Positions 1-8,948 of a DNA stretch of 64,000 bases are shown piece by piece. The DNA is taken from NCBI GenBank assembly GCA_964636325.1, contig CAZWRV010000030.1, positions 62-64,061 of the forward strand, in the 5' to 3' direction. Position 1 is the first letter of the stretch. The number at the start of each line of letters is the position of its first letter. Below the pieces are notes generated by a model that saw nothing but the letters and a program-made list of their open reading frames with translations, searched no databases and was not told the DNA's origin. The stretch is from an uncultured Victivallaceae bacterium (GTDB lineage Bacteria; Verrucomicrobiota; Lentisphaeria; Victivallales; GWF2-50-93). The position numbers were made by a program, and so were the translations under genes.

Positions 1-106
1 CCGCGGTTGAGCTTGGCTCAACCCTCCGGAAGACGACAAAGATAACGACAAAGATGGGCGAGTTTCAGAGGAATGCCAATCTGCGAACCTCGCAGTTTTG
101 TCGGGG
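1..106 (+). repeat. R2 composite dispersed element, copy 1 (5' part cut by window edge)
   Basis: Shares the CCGCGGTTGAGC-TTG-GCTCAACCCTCCGGAAGACGAC hairpin block with 4618-4772, 37764-37936(-) and 47891-47972(-). It has two 12-nt CGACAAAGATAA-type units, then ATGGGCGAGTTTCAGAGGA. Nt 73-106 begin a second CTGCGA-ACC-TCGCAG arm. Confidence 0.8.
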
Positions 107-209
107 TGAAACTTAATCGGCGTCGGGATCGGTATCGGAATCGGGGTCGAAAAGGCAAAGCTCGATAGCGATACCGATACCGACAGCGACCCCGATTAAC
201 AGGGAAGTT

Positions 210-2258
210 TCAGGGGATCGGGTCGATGTCCCACCTGAAGGGGAGGCCTGTGCAGTCGAGGCCGGCGCCGAGTAAGCGTGGGAGAGGCTTTTCCGGCTTC
301 TGGATCCAGGAGCGGTTGTTGCCCTTTTCGCCCTTGCCGCCGCCGGGATACTTGTCCTCGCCGTCCAGATCGATGAACAGAGCCCTGGTCAGTATCTCGG
401 ATCTCGTGCCAGTCTCGCTGAAGGTTGTCGATGAGCCTAAGGAGCCGCCCGCATAGCTGTCGTTTCCGGCGAAGTCGACGAACAGGGCGACGCTGTTGTT
501 GAGGGCCTGGCCGCATGCGGAGGCACCCTCGTATCGGTCGTCCCCGCCCTCCTCGACGAACAAACTTACGGAGAAGTCGTGAGCCGCGGCGACGTTGACG
601 CAGTTGGTGGAGGTGTAGAGATCGTTGCCGCCGCCGTCGCAGAGGTAGCTGATGCCGAAGTGCGCGGTGGCGGACTGCCCGTACCAGACAGAACGGTAGC
701 TGTCGTTTCCGGCGCGGTCGTCAAGTATCCCTATCCCGTACCAGTAACCGACGGCCTGGGAGAAGACTCCTCCGAAATATGCGTCGTTCCCTGCTGCGTC
801 CAGGAGCATGCCGACTCCGCCTGCGCCCGATTCGTTGTCGAGGTAGTCGCGTCGCTCGCCCGATGCGGCGCCCTGGGCCATGCTGCAGTTGTGCTCCTTG
901 GACTGTGCGCTGGGGTATCGGATGTCGGTGTCGTCGGCGGTATATCTGTCGTCGCCTTCGAAGTCCGCCAGCAGGCCCGCGCCGAGCGTGAGGGCGCTGC
1001 CCTGGGCGTAGCAGTATGCATGGTAGCTGTCGTTCCCTGACTTGTCGATCAGGATTCCGACCCCGAAACAGCCGAAGCCCTGCGCTGAGGCGAGCGAGTC
1101 GTAGGAGTCGTCGCCGGCGCCGTCGTAAAGGATGCCCATGCCCATGAAGCCGCAGCCCTGGCTATAGCCTCCGTCCGCCCTGTAGGAGTCGTTGCCAGCG
1201 AGATCCTCTAGGATGCCCCAGCCGAGCATGCCGGAACCGAAGGAGCCCCCCTGCCCCTTCATCTCATATTTGTCGCTTCCGCCCAAGTCTATGATTATTC
1301 CGATCGGATATTTTTCTCCGTCGGACGCGCCGCCGCAATCGTATACGTCGTCGCCGGAACTGTCTATCGTCAGGAGGTAGTGAAGGCCGGGCTGGTAGAT
1401 GTTTGCGGCGCCGCCGGACAGGAAGATGCGTCCGAACTTGGTGTCGCAGGCGAACTCGTATTTTTCCAGTATCTGCTCCTTGCCGAGTTCGGCGGCCGCG
1501 GCGTCCGTGACGGCGGCCAGGTCCTCTCCGGCCACCAGGAAAGCCTGCAGGTCGATCTTGGAGACAATGTCGGCCTGGTCCAGCGACTCCCTGCAGATCA
1601 CCGCCGAATTCAGGTTCTCCTCCTCCTTCTTCTGCTCCTCCTGGCTGGCGGAAATGCTCTTCAGATCCTTCTCGACGGCGTCATAAAGCGCCCTGCGCTC
1701 GGCCTGCGTGAGGCGGCGGAGTGCGCTCTCTCTCCATTTGACGGCCTCCGCCGCGGCGAAGACGATGGCCGCCGCCCATCTCTGAACCTTCTGCGGGACG
1801 ACCGAGTAGTCCGGCACTTTCGCATCCGGGTCAAGTGCGAGAATCGCAGCCTTAAGGGAGTCCGCCTTTTCGGCCTTGCCTTTGCATATCGACAGCGGCG
1901 CAGGATCGATCAGGTCGCGCGCCGACGAGAGGTTGATGAAGGACGCAGCCTCCTGGAATGTCTTATGCGTGGCGCCCTTGGCGGCGAGGATGTTGCCGCG
2001 CATGTGCCTTTCCCAGAACGGTATCCGCAGAGGATGGCAGAACCACCTGTCGAAGATCGGCGACTTGAAGAGCGTCGGATCCGCGCAGACCATCGCCTCC
2101 GGATCGACGCGGAAACCGCCGCGCGAGGTCGCGATCAGCCCGAGCGCATGGTCGAGCGCGTCGGACTGAGGCTCCGCCGCATCCTCGGCAAAAGCCCCCG
2201 GCATAATCGACAGCATCAGGAGCGCAGCCGCAGCCATCACTTTAATGTCAACCATCAT
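210..2258 (-). CDS. Secreted repeat protein of unknown function (12 G-[NDSE]-D-x-Y cores, beta-solenoid-like)
   Basis: 682-aa ORF with an N-terminal signal peptide (MMVDIKVMAAAALLMLSIMPGAFA). The C-terminal 400 aa consist of units of about 26-27 aa: [AS]G-x-D-x-Y ... QG ... G-x-G-[IL]L-x-D. Codon bias is strong; the opposite-strand ORFs look like GC shadows. Confidence 0.75.
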   Translation of the reverse strand: MMVDIKVMAAAALLMLSIMPGAFAEDAAEPQSDALDHALGLIATSRGGFRVDPEAMVCADPTLFKSPIFDRWFCHPLRIPFWERHMRGNILAAKGATHKTFQEAASFINLSSARDLIDPAPLSICKGKAEKADSLKAAILALDPDAKVPDYSVVPQKVQRWAAAIVFAAAEAVKWRESALRRLTQAERRALYDAVEKDLKSISASQEEQKKEEENLNSAVICRESLDQADIVSKIDLQAFLVAGEDLAAVTDAAAAELGKEQILEKYEFACDTKFGRIFLSGGAANIYQPGLHYLLTIDSSGDDVYDCGGASDGEKYPIGIIIDLGGSDKYEMKGQGGSFGSGMLGWGILEDLAGNDSYRADGGYSQGCGFMGMGILYDGAGDDSYDSLASAQGFGCFGVGILIDKSGNDSYHAYCYAQGSALTLGAGLLADFEGDDRYTADDTDIRYPSAQSKEHNCSMAQGAASGERRDYLDNESGAGGVGMLLDAAGNDAYFGGVFSQAVGYWYGIGILDDRAGNDSYRSVWYGQSATAHFGISYLCDGGGNDLYTSTNCVNVAAAHDFSVSLFVEEGGDDRYEGASACGQALNNSVALFVDFAGNDSYAGGSLGSSTTFSETGTRSEILTRALFIDLDGEDKYPGGGKGEKGNNRSWIQKPEKPLPRLLGAGLDCTGLPFRWDIDPIP

Positions 2259-2312
2259 ATAATCCTTTCATTTAAAATGTAGATCGCTCTGACAGCTATG
2301 CATAGAACAGTT

Positions 2313-3002
2313 CTAGGCCTCCTTGCTCAAGCAGCCCCTGGCTGCAAAAGCGAACGCAAGGCCGAACCATAATCCGATCAGCGCCCCCGCGAACACGTCA
2401 GAAGGGTAATGTGCAAGAATGTAAACCCTCGAGAAGGCGACAAGCGCTGTGCCGGCGAACGCTGGAACCGCAAGCGGCGCGGACACGAAGGCGACACCGG
2501 CCGCGGCGCCGAAGGAAGTCGCCGTGTGCGCCGACGGAAAGCTCTGGAAATCGCTCTTGAAAGAAGGCCCGTGGAACTTGTCCGGAAGCCTGTCCTCAAT
2601 CCTCGCCTTCGGACGCGGCCTTCCAGTCGAAAAGCGGACCGCGTTGTCAAAAAGCCCGGCCGCGGAGGCGGCAAGCAGCCCCGAAAGTCCGGCCAGCACA
2701 ATCCGCCGCCGTCCGAAATATTTTCCGGCGGCAAAGACAACCGCACACCCCGCCGCGACCCCGCCGAACCCGCCGTATCTGCTGACCATCTTCATCAGAT
2801 CATACGTCTGCCGGCTCTCCTTCTTGCAGTCCTTGAACCCGTCCGAAAGGCCGACATCCCAGGGGAAAAGCAGGTTTGCGCCAACTATGGCGGCAAGAGG
2901 CAGGACAACGAAAAATAAAATCTTCCGTCTCGAGACAATGCCAGCCGACAACTTCAGGAGATCAAGCAAGTCCGCCTTCAGTTCAAGCAAAAATGAACTC
3001 AT
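2313..3002 (-). CDS. PAP2-family (type 2 phosphatidic acid / undecaprenyl-PP) phosphatase, membrane protein
   Basis: PAP2 signature blocks RPRP..., PSAHTATSFGAAAG and SRVYILAHYPSDV, with several TM helices. The ORF is open to 3221, but the hydrophobic core starts at MSSFLL (3002). The start is uncertain (3002, 3041 or 3221). Confidence 0.8.
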   Translation of the reverse strand: MSSFLLELKADLLDLLKLSAGIVSRRKILFFVVLPLAAIVGANLLFPWDVGLSDGFKDCKKESRQTYDLMKMVSRYGGFGGVAAGCAVVFAAGKYFGRRRIVLAGLSGLLAASAAGLFDNAVRFSTGRPRPKARIEDRLPDKFHGPSFKSDFQSFPSAHTATSFGAAAGVAFVSAPLAVPAFAGTALVAFSRVYILAHYPSDVFAGALIGLWFGLAFAFAARGCLSKEA

Positions 3003-3246
3003 CCACTTTCCCCGTTTCTCCAATTCATTATTGAGGGACATGGCATTAAGGTATCTTGCTTGGCAAGTCGTTGCAATGCATTCTGCAAAATATACGGGCA
3101 ATAACTTGCCTGAATTATTCACACTGAAGGAGTATAATCCCACGGGGGGCGGATGAATGGGCGATTGTATGGTTGCGGAATGGATGGATTGAGTTACATT
3201 TCGTAAATGGATTTCATCCACGGCTTGACGTATGAAGAGATAATGA

Positions 3247-3396
3247 TTGTGGAAGGGACTTGAACCTTTATGGGATGAGCTGCAGCCGGATATAAGCGAC
3301 GAAGTGCCGTTCGTAAATCATAATCGTAAGCCGGGCCGGAACGAGCCGTGCCCCTGCGGAAGCGGGAAAAAATACAAGAAGTGCTGCCTGAAATAA
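3247..3396 (+). CDS. Small SEC-C metal-binding motif protein (49 codons, TTG start)
   Basis: Hand translation gives ..[41 protein letters not shown]. The [13 protein letters not shown] tail is the SecA-C-terminal/YecA-type zinc motif. Two in-frame stops lie directly upstream (3241, 3244) and only TTG is available as a start. It is below the ORF-track size cut-off. Confidence 0.35.
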   Translation: MWKGLEPLWDELQPDISDEVPFVNHNRKPGRNEPCPCGSGKKYKKCCLK

Positions 3397-3517
3397 ATGA
3401 CGGGATGATAAGAGGCGAATACTCGCACAAGTTGGGATCGCTGAAACCGCCTTCAATTTTGCAGCAAACGAAGTAGATATGGCAACTGCGGCCATTTGGT
3501 TAAGTATCAGAGGTCTT

Positions 3518-4606
3518 ATGCAATATATTCCGCTAGGCAGATCCGGCGTCCAGATTTCGCGTCTGAGCATGGGCTGCGGGCGTCTCCCGGAGAACGACGA
3601 CGAGTCTACGGAGCTCATCCATCGTGCGGTGGCCGCCGGGATAAACTTCTTCGAGACTGCGACATTCTACTGCAACAACCGCTGCCTTGAAAAGACTGGC
3701 ATGGGGTTGAAGGGGCTCCGCGACAAGGTGATGGTCCAGGTGAAGGTGGGAACCGGATGGGACGCGACTGCGGACAGCTTCCGCAAGGAGATGGAAATCC
3801 AGTTCCAGCGCCTGCAGATCGACCGGGCTGACTTCTTCCAGTTCGGCTGGCTCGCCTGGGAGCGCATGCCGGTCGTATTCAAGAAAGGCGGTCCGCTCGA
3901 AGGCGTCCGCAAGTTCATGGACGAAGGATTGATCAAGCACATCGGGTTCACCGGGCACGACACACCGGACAATTTCATTAAGATTCTGGAGACCGGCGTA
4001 TTCGAGAGCATGACCGTATCATACAACCTCTTGAGCCGCGCCTATGAAAAGACGATCGCCCGGGCTCATGAGCTGGGGGTCGGCGTGATCGTCATGAATC
4101 CCGTCGGCGGCGGCATGCTTGGCAATCCGAGCGCCACATTGCGCAAGCTCATACCCGGTTCGGCGACAACCGCGGCCGCAGCCTTGCGATTCGTCCTCGC
4201 CAATCCGGGCGTGTGCACGGCGAATTCAGGCATGAGCAGCATCTCCCAGCTGGAAGAAAACCTGGTTGTCGCCGAGACGGCCTCCGAGCTCAGCGCGGCG
4301 GAACTCGAGCAGATGCGGAAGATTATGGATGAATGCAAGGCCTTGGGCGACGCTTTCTGCACCGGATGCAAATACTGCATGCCCTGCCCCAACGGCGTGG
4401 ACATCCCGGCGAACTTCAACCTCCATAACTATTATAAGATATATGGATTTGAGGACTGGGCGCGGGGCCAGTATGCGGGGATGAAGGAGGAATGCCGCGC
4501 CGACAAGTGTAACGATTGCGCGCAGTGCGAAACCAAATGCCCGCAGAAAATACCCATCCGGCAACAGCTCAAACAGGTTTCCGGGCTGTTCGGCAAGCCG
4601 GAGTAG
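3518..4606 (+). CDS. Aldo/keto reductase with C-terminal 4Fe-4S cluster-binding domain
   Basis: Canonical AKR N-terminus MQYIPLGRSGVQISRLSMGCG. The C-terminus carries CTGCKYCMPCP and CNDCAQCETKCP ferredoxin-type Cys motifs. The ORF track starts at 3479, but MQY (3518) matches the usual family start. Confidence 0.85.
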   Translation: MQYIPLGRSGVQISRLSMGCGRLPENDDESTELIHRAVAAGINFFETATFYCNNRCLEKTGMGLKGLRDKVMVQVKVGTGWDATADSFRKEMEIQFQRLQIDRADFFQFGWLAWERMPVVFKKGGPLEGVRKFMDEGLIKHIGFTGHDTPDNFIKILETGVFESMTVSYNLLSRAYEKTIARAHELGVGVIVMNPVGGGMLGNPSATLRKLIPGSATTAAAALRFVLANPGVCTANSGMSSISQLEENLVVAETASELSAAELEQMRKIMDECKALGDAFCTGCKYCMPCPNGVDIPANFNLHNYYKIYGFEDWARGQYAGMKEECRADKCNDCAQCETKCPQKIPIRQQLKQVSGLFGKPE

Positions 4607-4617
4607 CCTGATTACAT

Positions 4618-4772
4618 GTGGCTGTCATCTGCGGAAATCGCAGTTATTTCGATGAGAAACTCCACGGAGGGCGAAGCCGTGCTGAGCCGCGGTTGAGCTC
4701 GGCTCAACCCTCCGGAAGACGACAAAGCCGGCGACAAAACTAACGACAAAGATGTTCACGTTGCAGAGGAGC
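4618..4772 (+). repeat. R2 composite dispersed element, copy 2
   Basis: Module order: CTGCGGAAATCGCAG hairpin, GGAGGGCGAAGCCGTGCTGAGCCGC, GGTTGAGC-TCG-GCTCAACC hairpin, three 12-nt CGACAAAG-type units, then ATGTTCACGTTGCAGAGGAG. It ends 6 nt before the GH36-like gene ATG. Confidence 0.85.
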
Positions 4773-4777
4773 TTTGC

Positions 4778-7210
4778 ATGAAACTAGAATGTGACGGCAA
4801 GAGCGGCATCCGCGTATTGATACCCGGATGGACAGGCTTCCACCTGGAAGGCCTGCGCCCGGCGTTATGCGTCGACGGGAACAGGATTGCCTGCGATGAA
4901 AATGCGGAAGTCAAACGCCGTTCGGACAGATTCGCCGTCACATGGAAACTTGGCCCATGCAGTCTAGAGATGCGTGCGGAAGGCCAAGTCGGCGGCGGCA
5001 CGGTAGTCACTTCCACCCTTATGAACACCGGCGATAGCGAACTCCGCCTGGATGACGTAGCGTTATTGCAGGCTGACTGCTCGTTATCAAGGCCGACGTT
5101 TGGAACCGACCATTCCCGTGTCCGTATACTTGAGCAAGGCAACTACTGGGGGCGTGTTCGGCCGTTGACGCATTCCTCCGCGGTGACTAGCTCCCTCGAC
5201 GCCGCGGAACCGGGCGGAGCGCCGGCCCGGCAGGAGCGCGCCTCGGACCTTGTCTCCGTCGTGTATGACCAGGACAGCCGACAGGCTCTGCTTGTCGGAT
5301 TCCTGGCAAGCGAACGTTGGCTTGGCCGCATCCTGGCGAACACCGGCCTGGACGGCTCGGTTTCCACATGGCGCATCGGTTTCGACGCAGGAGAACTGCT
5401 TGTCGAACCGAATGAAAGGCTTGAACTGGAGCCCATAATTTTTCTGTCCGGATCGGATCCGTGGCGCCTGTTGATTCAATATGCCGAACAAGCGGCCTTG
5501 AGGCACAGGCCCTGCATGCCTGTAGGACAAGTGGTCTCATGGTGCAGCTGGTATCCATACCGCCTGGGAGTGACCGAGGAACGAATCCTGGCGGAAGCGC
5601 GGATCGCCGCCCGGCGGCTGAAACCCCTCGGGCTGAAAATAATCGAAGTGGATCTCGGATGGGAAGAGCGGAACCTGCCATGCTCGTTCACTGAAAACGA
5701 ACGTTTCCCACATGGTCTGAAATGGCTTTCCGAGCGGCTCCAGGAATTTGGTTTTGAACTGGGGGCATGGAAGGCACCCTACACGATTTCCGAGTTCGAC
5801 CCACTGGTGAAAGAGCATCCTGAATGGCTGGTTTCCGACGAGACGGGGAGCCCTCTGGCGTATTGGGAATGGTTCTGGAAGCCGCACGGAAAAGTTCATA
5901 TCCTGGATCTGACGCATCCGGGTGCCCTTCAATGGCTGCGGGAAAAAGTGCAGAGCCTGACCGACCGCGGCGTACGCTACTTGAAGTTCGACTTCATCGG
6001 CTGCGCGGCGGATGGAAAGGCCAAGCGACGGCACAATCCCCGCATCGTAATGGGGGCCGGCACTGAGGCGGCGCGCAAGGCTGCAAGCCTGATCCGGGAA
6101 GCGGCGCCGGAAGCGCTGATCCTCAATTGTGGCGGACCGGAAATGCCGGGCACGGGCCACTGGCCACTGCTTTACGCATGCAACGACACCGGGAACTCAG
6201 GTTTCATCGGCCATGGGACGCAGTCTCTCAATTATGAAGCCGTGGCCTGCCATCTCTTCAAGAACCGCCGCTGGGGGCTCATCCAGCCTTCCTGCCTAGT
6301 GGTCGGCCTTCCCGGAACTGTAGAAGATGCCCGGCTGAGGGCGACAATCGCATTCCTTGCCGGAGGGCAGATCGACATATCAGACACTCTGACCACGCTA
6401 CCGGAGGAGCGCTGGCAGATCCTGACCGCGACGCTGCCGCCCGCGCCCGCCAGCGCCAGGCCGGTAGACTTGTTTGAGCCACTGGCCATGGTCCACTTCG
6501 ACTACGAAGGCACATGCCGCGGACAGCAGGGGCAGGCCCAGATCTTGCGGGAGCATCCTCCGGCGTCGGTCTGGCATCTGCGCATCAACGCCGGATGGGA
6601 CGAATGGGATCTTGTCGGAATTTTCTGCTACAGCCCGGGCAGCTCTTCGCCAAAGCCGGAGATATGCCGCTACGTGATTCCTTTGACAAAGCTTGGAATC
6701 TCCGAAGCGCTGCCGCTTTGGGGCTACGAGTTCTGGTCAGGGCAATTCCTGGGAAATGTCCCCGGCAAGCGGCACAATGCCGACGCCTACGTCCATCCTG
6801 GAGACTATCAGGATCTGAAAGTCGGAGGCACATCTGGCATACTTGATGTGGCATTCTTCGGGCCCTGCGCCAAGCTTATCTGCCTGCGCCGTCCAAAACC
6901 CCATCCTTGGGTGCTGGGCACCTCCTTCCACCAGAGCTGCGGCCTGGAACTTGCAGATGTCGCATGGGATCCGGCGGCGCGGCGCCTAAGCGGCGAACTG
7001 CGGCGCCCCGAAGGCGAATCGGGAACGATAATTTTCTCTTCTGACGGCCATGTCCCATTAAGAGCCGAGGCGGACGGACGGGAGATACCAGTTCGGCCTG
7101 GCGCATCAGGCAGCTATGCCTTGGCGCTCATAGCCGCCCGCTCCCCGCTGGAGTGGGCGGTATTTTTCTCGGAAGACTTATTTGTTTCAAAGACAAAGGA
7201 GGAAATGTGA
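4778..7210 (+). CDS. Glycoside hydrolase, GH36/clan GH-D alpha-galactosidase-like
   Basis: 810-aa ORF. The TIM-barrel region WCSWYPY..IIEVDLGWE and RGVRYLKFDF resembles the K-x-D nucleophile block of melibiase-type enzymes. No signal peptide. GAGGAG Shine-Dalgarno 6 nt upstream. Confidence 0.7.
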   Translation: MKLECDGKSGIRVLIPGWTGFHLEGLRPALCVDGNRIACDENAEVKRRSDRFAVTWKLGPCSLEMRAEGQVGGGTVVTSTLMNTGDSELRLDDVALLQADCSLSRPTFGTDHSRVRILEQGNYWGRVRPLTHSSAVTSSLDAAEPGGAPARQERASDLVSVVYDQDSRQALLVGFLASERWLGRILANTGLDGSVSTWRIGFDAGELLVEPNERLELEPIIFLSGSDPWRLLIQYAEQAALRHRPCMPVGQVVSWCSWYPYRLGVTEERILAEARIAARRLKPLGLKIIEVDLGWEERNLPCSFTENERFPHGLKWLSERLQEFGFELGAWKAPYTISEFDPLVKEHPEWLVSDETGSPLAYWEWFWKPHGKVHILDLTHPGALQWLREKVQSLTDRGVRYLKFDFIGCAADGKAKRRHNPRIVMGAGTEAARKAASLIREAAPEALILNCGGPEMPGTGHWPLLYACNDTGNSGFIGHGTQSLNYEAVACHLFKNRRWGLIQPSCLVVGLPGTVEDARLRATIAFLAGGQIDISDTLTTLPEERWQILTATLPPAPASARPVDLFEPLAMVHFDYEGTCRGQQGQAQILREHPPASVWHLRINAGWDEWDLVGIFCYSPGSSSPKPEICRYVIPLTKLGISEALPLWGYEFWSGQFLGNVPGKRHNADAYVHPGDYQDLKVGGTSGILDVAFFGPCAKLICLRRPKPHPWVLGTSFHQSCGLELADVAWDPAARRLSGELRRPEGESGTIIFSSDGHVPLRAEADGREIPVRPGASGSYALALIAARSPLEWAVFFSEDLFVSKTKEEM

Positions 7211-7236
7211 AGATCATAGGCAGCTACAGGCGGAAA

Positions 7237-8415
7237 ATGTCATTGGTTATTCGTTCGGCCCTGTGTCTGATTGCAGCCCTGTCCGTCCATGCGCTGACGG
7301 CGACCGAAAATCAGAGGCTTGCCGAGGACGACTTCAGCTACAAGAGTTCGTTCGACGGGGCGGAACCGCTGTTCGTCCATGCCGTCTATCCGGCAGACGC
7401 CAAGGATCTGCCGCTGATGGTTGTCCAGCACGGCTACTGGGGCAAGCGGCAGGACGTGCTCTACAGCCAGAAGCGCATCGCCGAACGCGGATATTTCGCC
7501 ATAGCCCTCGATACGCGCGGCTGGGATAAGGCCGGAGGGAAGCACGACGACGGCGGCGTGGAGATCATGGATATCTACGACGGCATCCAGGAGGCGCTGA
7601 AAAAATTCAAAGGAAAGATCAACCCTTCACGAATCTCGATCGTAGGCTACTCCAACGGCGGGGCGAACGTGTTCTTCTCCACAGTGCGCATGCCTTTCAT
7701 GTTCCGGGCGTCCATGGCGTTCTTCGGAATCCCCGACTACGGGATGTGGTATGAGCTGCAGCAGGGATTCAGGGGCGAGATGAACAAGGCTATCGGCGGC
7801 GAACCTAAGGCCTTACCCGACAAATATCTCGCGCGCAACTCGGCGCTGGCCGTCAAAAACATCGGGCAGACGCGCTTCCATATCGTATATGACGAGGAGG
7901 AGAAGCTCTGCCCCATCCCTATGGACGACGCCTTCGTGGAGGCGGCAAAGAAGGCCGGCCTGAAAAACGTCTTCGTCCATGTGAGCAAGAAAACCGACAA
8001 GAACCGCTGGAACCACGGCTACAACACCAACGGGCATCTTTCCCCGGCCGAGGACATCTTCATGGACGACATCGAAAAATCCAATGCCGCGCCACAGACG
8101 ATGCCGCCGGAAGGCGAACTCGTGGTCCTAGGCTTCGTGGTCACCCCGAAATTCACATGCGTCCTGGGAAGCGGCGAAGACACGGTCGCGACCATAAAAT
8201 ATGCCTTCAGAGGGGAAGGGGCGGGGCTTGAATTCTCAACTCCAGTCACATCTGTCAAGGATGCCAAAGTCCGTCTAATCATCCCCGCCGACGCCTTCAT
8301 GGGCGGGGCAGTCGCCATTATAGACGGCAAGGAGGCCGCATCTTCCAAGGCCGGAGAAGACCTGGCCTTCGAAACGTCGGTCACGAAGAAAATCGAAATC
8401 AGGCCGATAAAATGA
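7237..8415 (+). CDS. Secreted alpha/beta hydrolase (S9 peptidase / esterase-like)
   Basis: Signal peptide MSLVIRSALCLIAALSVHA. Nucleophile elbow G-Y-S-N-G-G in RISIVGYSNGGANVFF. Start moved from 7153 to 7237 to avoid overlapping the upstream gene and to begin at the signal peptide. Confidence 0.7.
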   Translation: MSLVIRSALCLIAALSVHALTATENQRLAEDDFSYKSSFDGAEPLFVHAVYPADAKDLPLMVVQHGYWGKRQDVLYSQKRIAERGYFAIALDTRGWDKAGGKHDDGGVEIMDIYDGIQEALKKFKGKINPSRISIVGYSNGGANVFFSTVRMPFMFRASMAFFGIPDYGMWYELQQGFRGEMNKAIGGEPKALPDKYLARNSALAVKNIGQTRFHIVYDEEEKLCPIPMDDAFVEAAKKAGLKNVFVHVSKKTDKNRWNHGYNTNGHLSPAEDIFMDDIEKSNAAPQTMPPEGELVVLGFVVTPKFTCVLGSGEDTVATIKYAFRGEGAGLEFSTPVTSVKDAKVRLIIPADAFMGGAVAIIDGKEAASSKAGEDLAFETSVTKKIEIRPIK

Positions 8416-8542
8416 AAAGACTGACGTATTATAAAAAATGGCATTTTTTTTACATGAACTCTTGCATTATAGAACAAAGCCGATAAATTATACGCTCAAA
8501 ATTAACTGATGAGCAGTTAAAAAACAAAACAAAGGGGAAAAG

Positions 8543-8752
8543 ATGAAGAAGCTCATGCTCCTCACAGCCGTCGCCGTCGCCACCGCCTTCACAGCCGGTA
8601 TCTACGCCGCCGAGGAAAAGGCCGCCGCCAAGTGCGCATGCGGACAGGAATGCACATGCGAGAAGGAGTGCAAGTGCACAGACAAGGACAAGGAATGCAA
8701 GTGCGAGAAGTGCGCTGAGCTCAAGAAGAAGGCCGAGAAGAAGGCTGAATAA
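8543..8752 (+). CDS. Small secreted Cys-rich (CxC) metallothionein-like protein
   Basis: 69 aa with a Sec signal peptide (MKKLMLLTAVAVATAFTAGIYA|AEE). The mature 47 aa carry 9 Cys arranged as CAC, CTC, CKC, CKC and C within a Lys/Glu-rich frame. AAAGGGGAAAAG RBS upstream and a strong terminator directly downstream. Confidence 0.7.
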   Translation: MKKLMLLTAVAVATAFTAGIYAAEEKAAAKCACGQECTCEKECKCTDKDKECKCEKCAELKKKAEKKAE

Positions 8753-8777
8753 GAATCTTCCGATTATCGACATAAAA

Positions 8778-8812
8778 AGACGACGCCTGCACAAGGCGTC
8801 GTCTTTTTTTTT
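8778..8812 (+). terminator. Rho-independent terminator
   Basis: AGACGACGCC-TGCACAA-GGCGTCGTCT: a perfect 10-bp GC-rich stem followed by T8. Confidence 0.8.
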
Positions 8813-8877
8813 GATCGGCTGCTGATTCACCGCATAGCTTCCAGCGCCTTAATCCCTTATTAAGAACACATGGTGGG

Positions 8878-8916
8878 ATAAATATTCAGTGAAAGGGCGT
8901 AGTTCACTGAATATTT
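8878..8916. repeat. R1 palindromic REP-like element, variant (TAAATATTCAGTGAA-AGGGCGTAG-TTCACTGAATATTTA)
   Basis: Same architecture and the same GGGCGTAG/CTACGCCC centre as the GTATGAATTCAGCAAA copies. Intergenic. Confidence 0.8.
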
Positions 8917-8948
8917 ACCGGCGGATGCCTATTACCCGCAGGAAAAAC

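Noticed and set aside
121-200. Terminator hairpin 3' of the repeat-protein gene (GATCGGTATCGG / ATCGGGGTCG versus CCGATACCGAT / CGACCCCGAT)
   Set aside because: The complementary segments occur in the order A-B...A'-B', not nested A-B...B'-A', so they cannot form one simple stem-loop. It is noted only as hexamer-rich (ATCGG/GATACC) sequence adjoining R2 copy 1.
8450-8830. 126-aa minus-strand ORF overlapping the Cys-rich gene
   Set aside because: It is antisense to a gene with an RBS, signal peptide and terminator. Its translation is hydrophobic low-complexity sequence derived from the GCC/GAA-rich sense strand.
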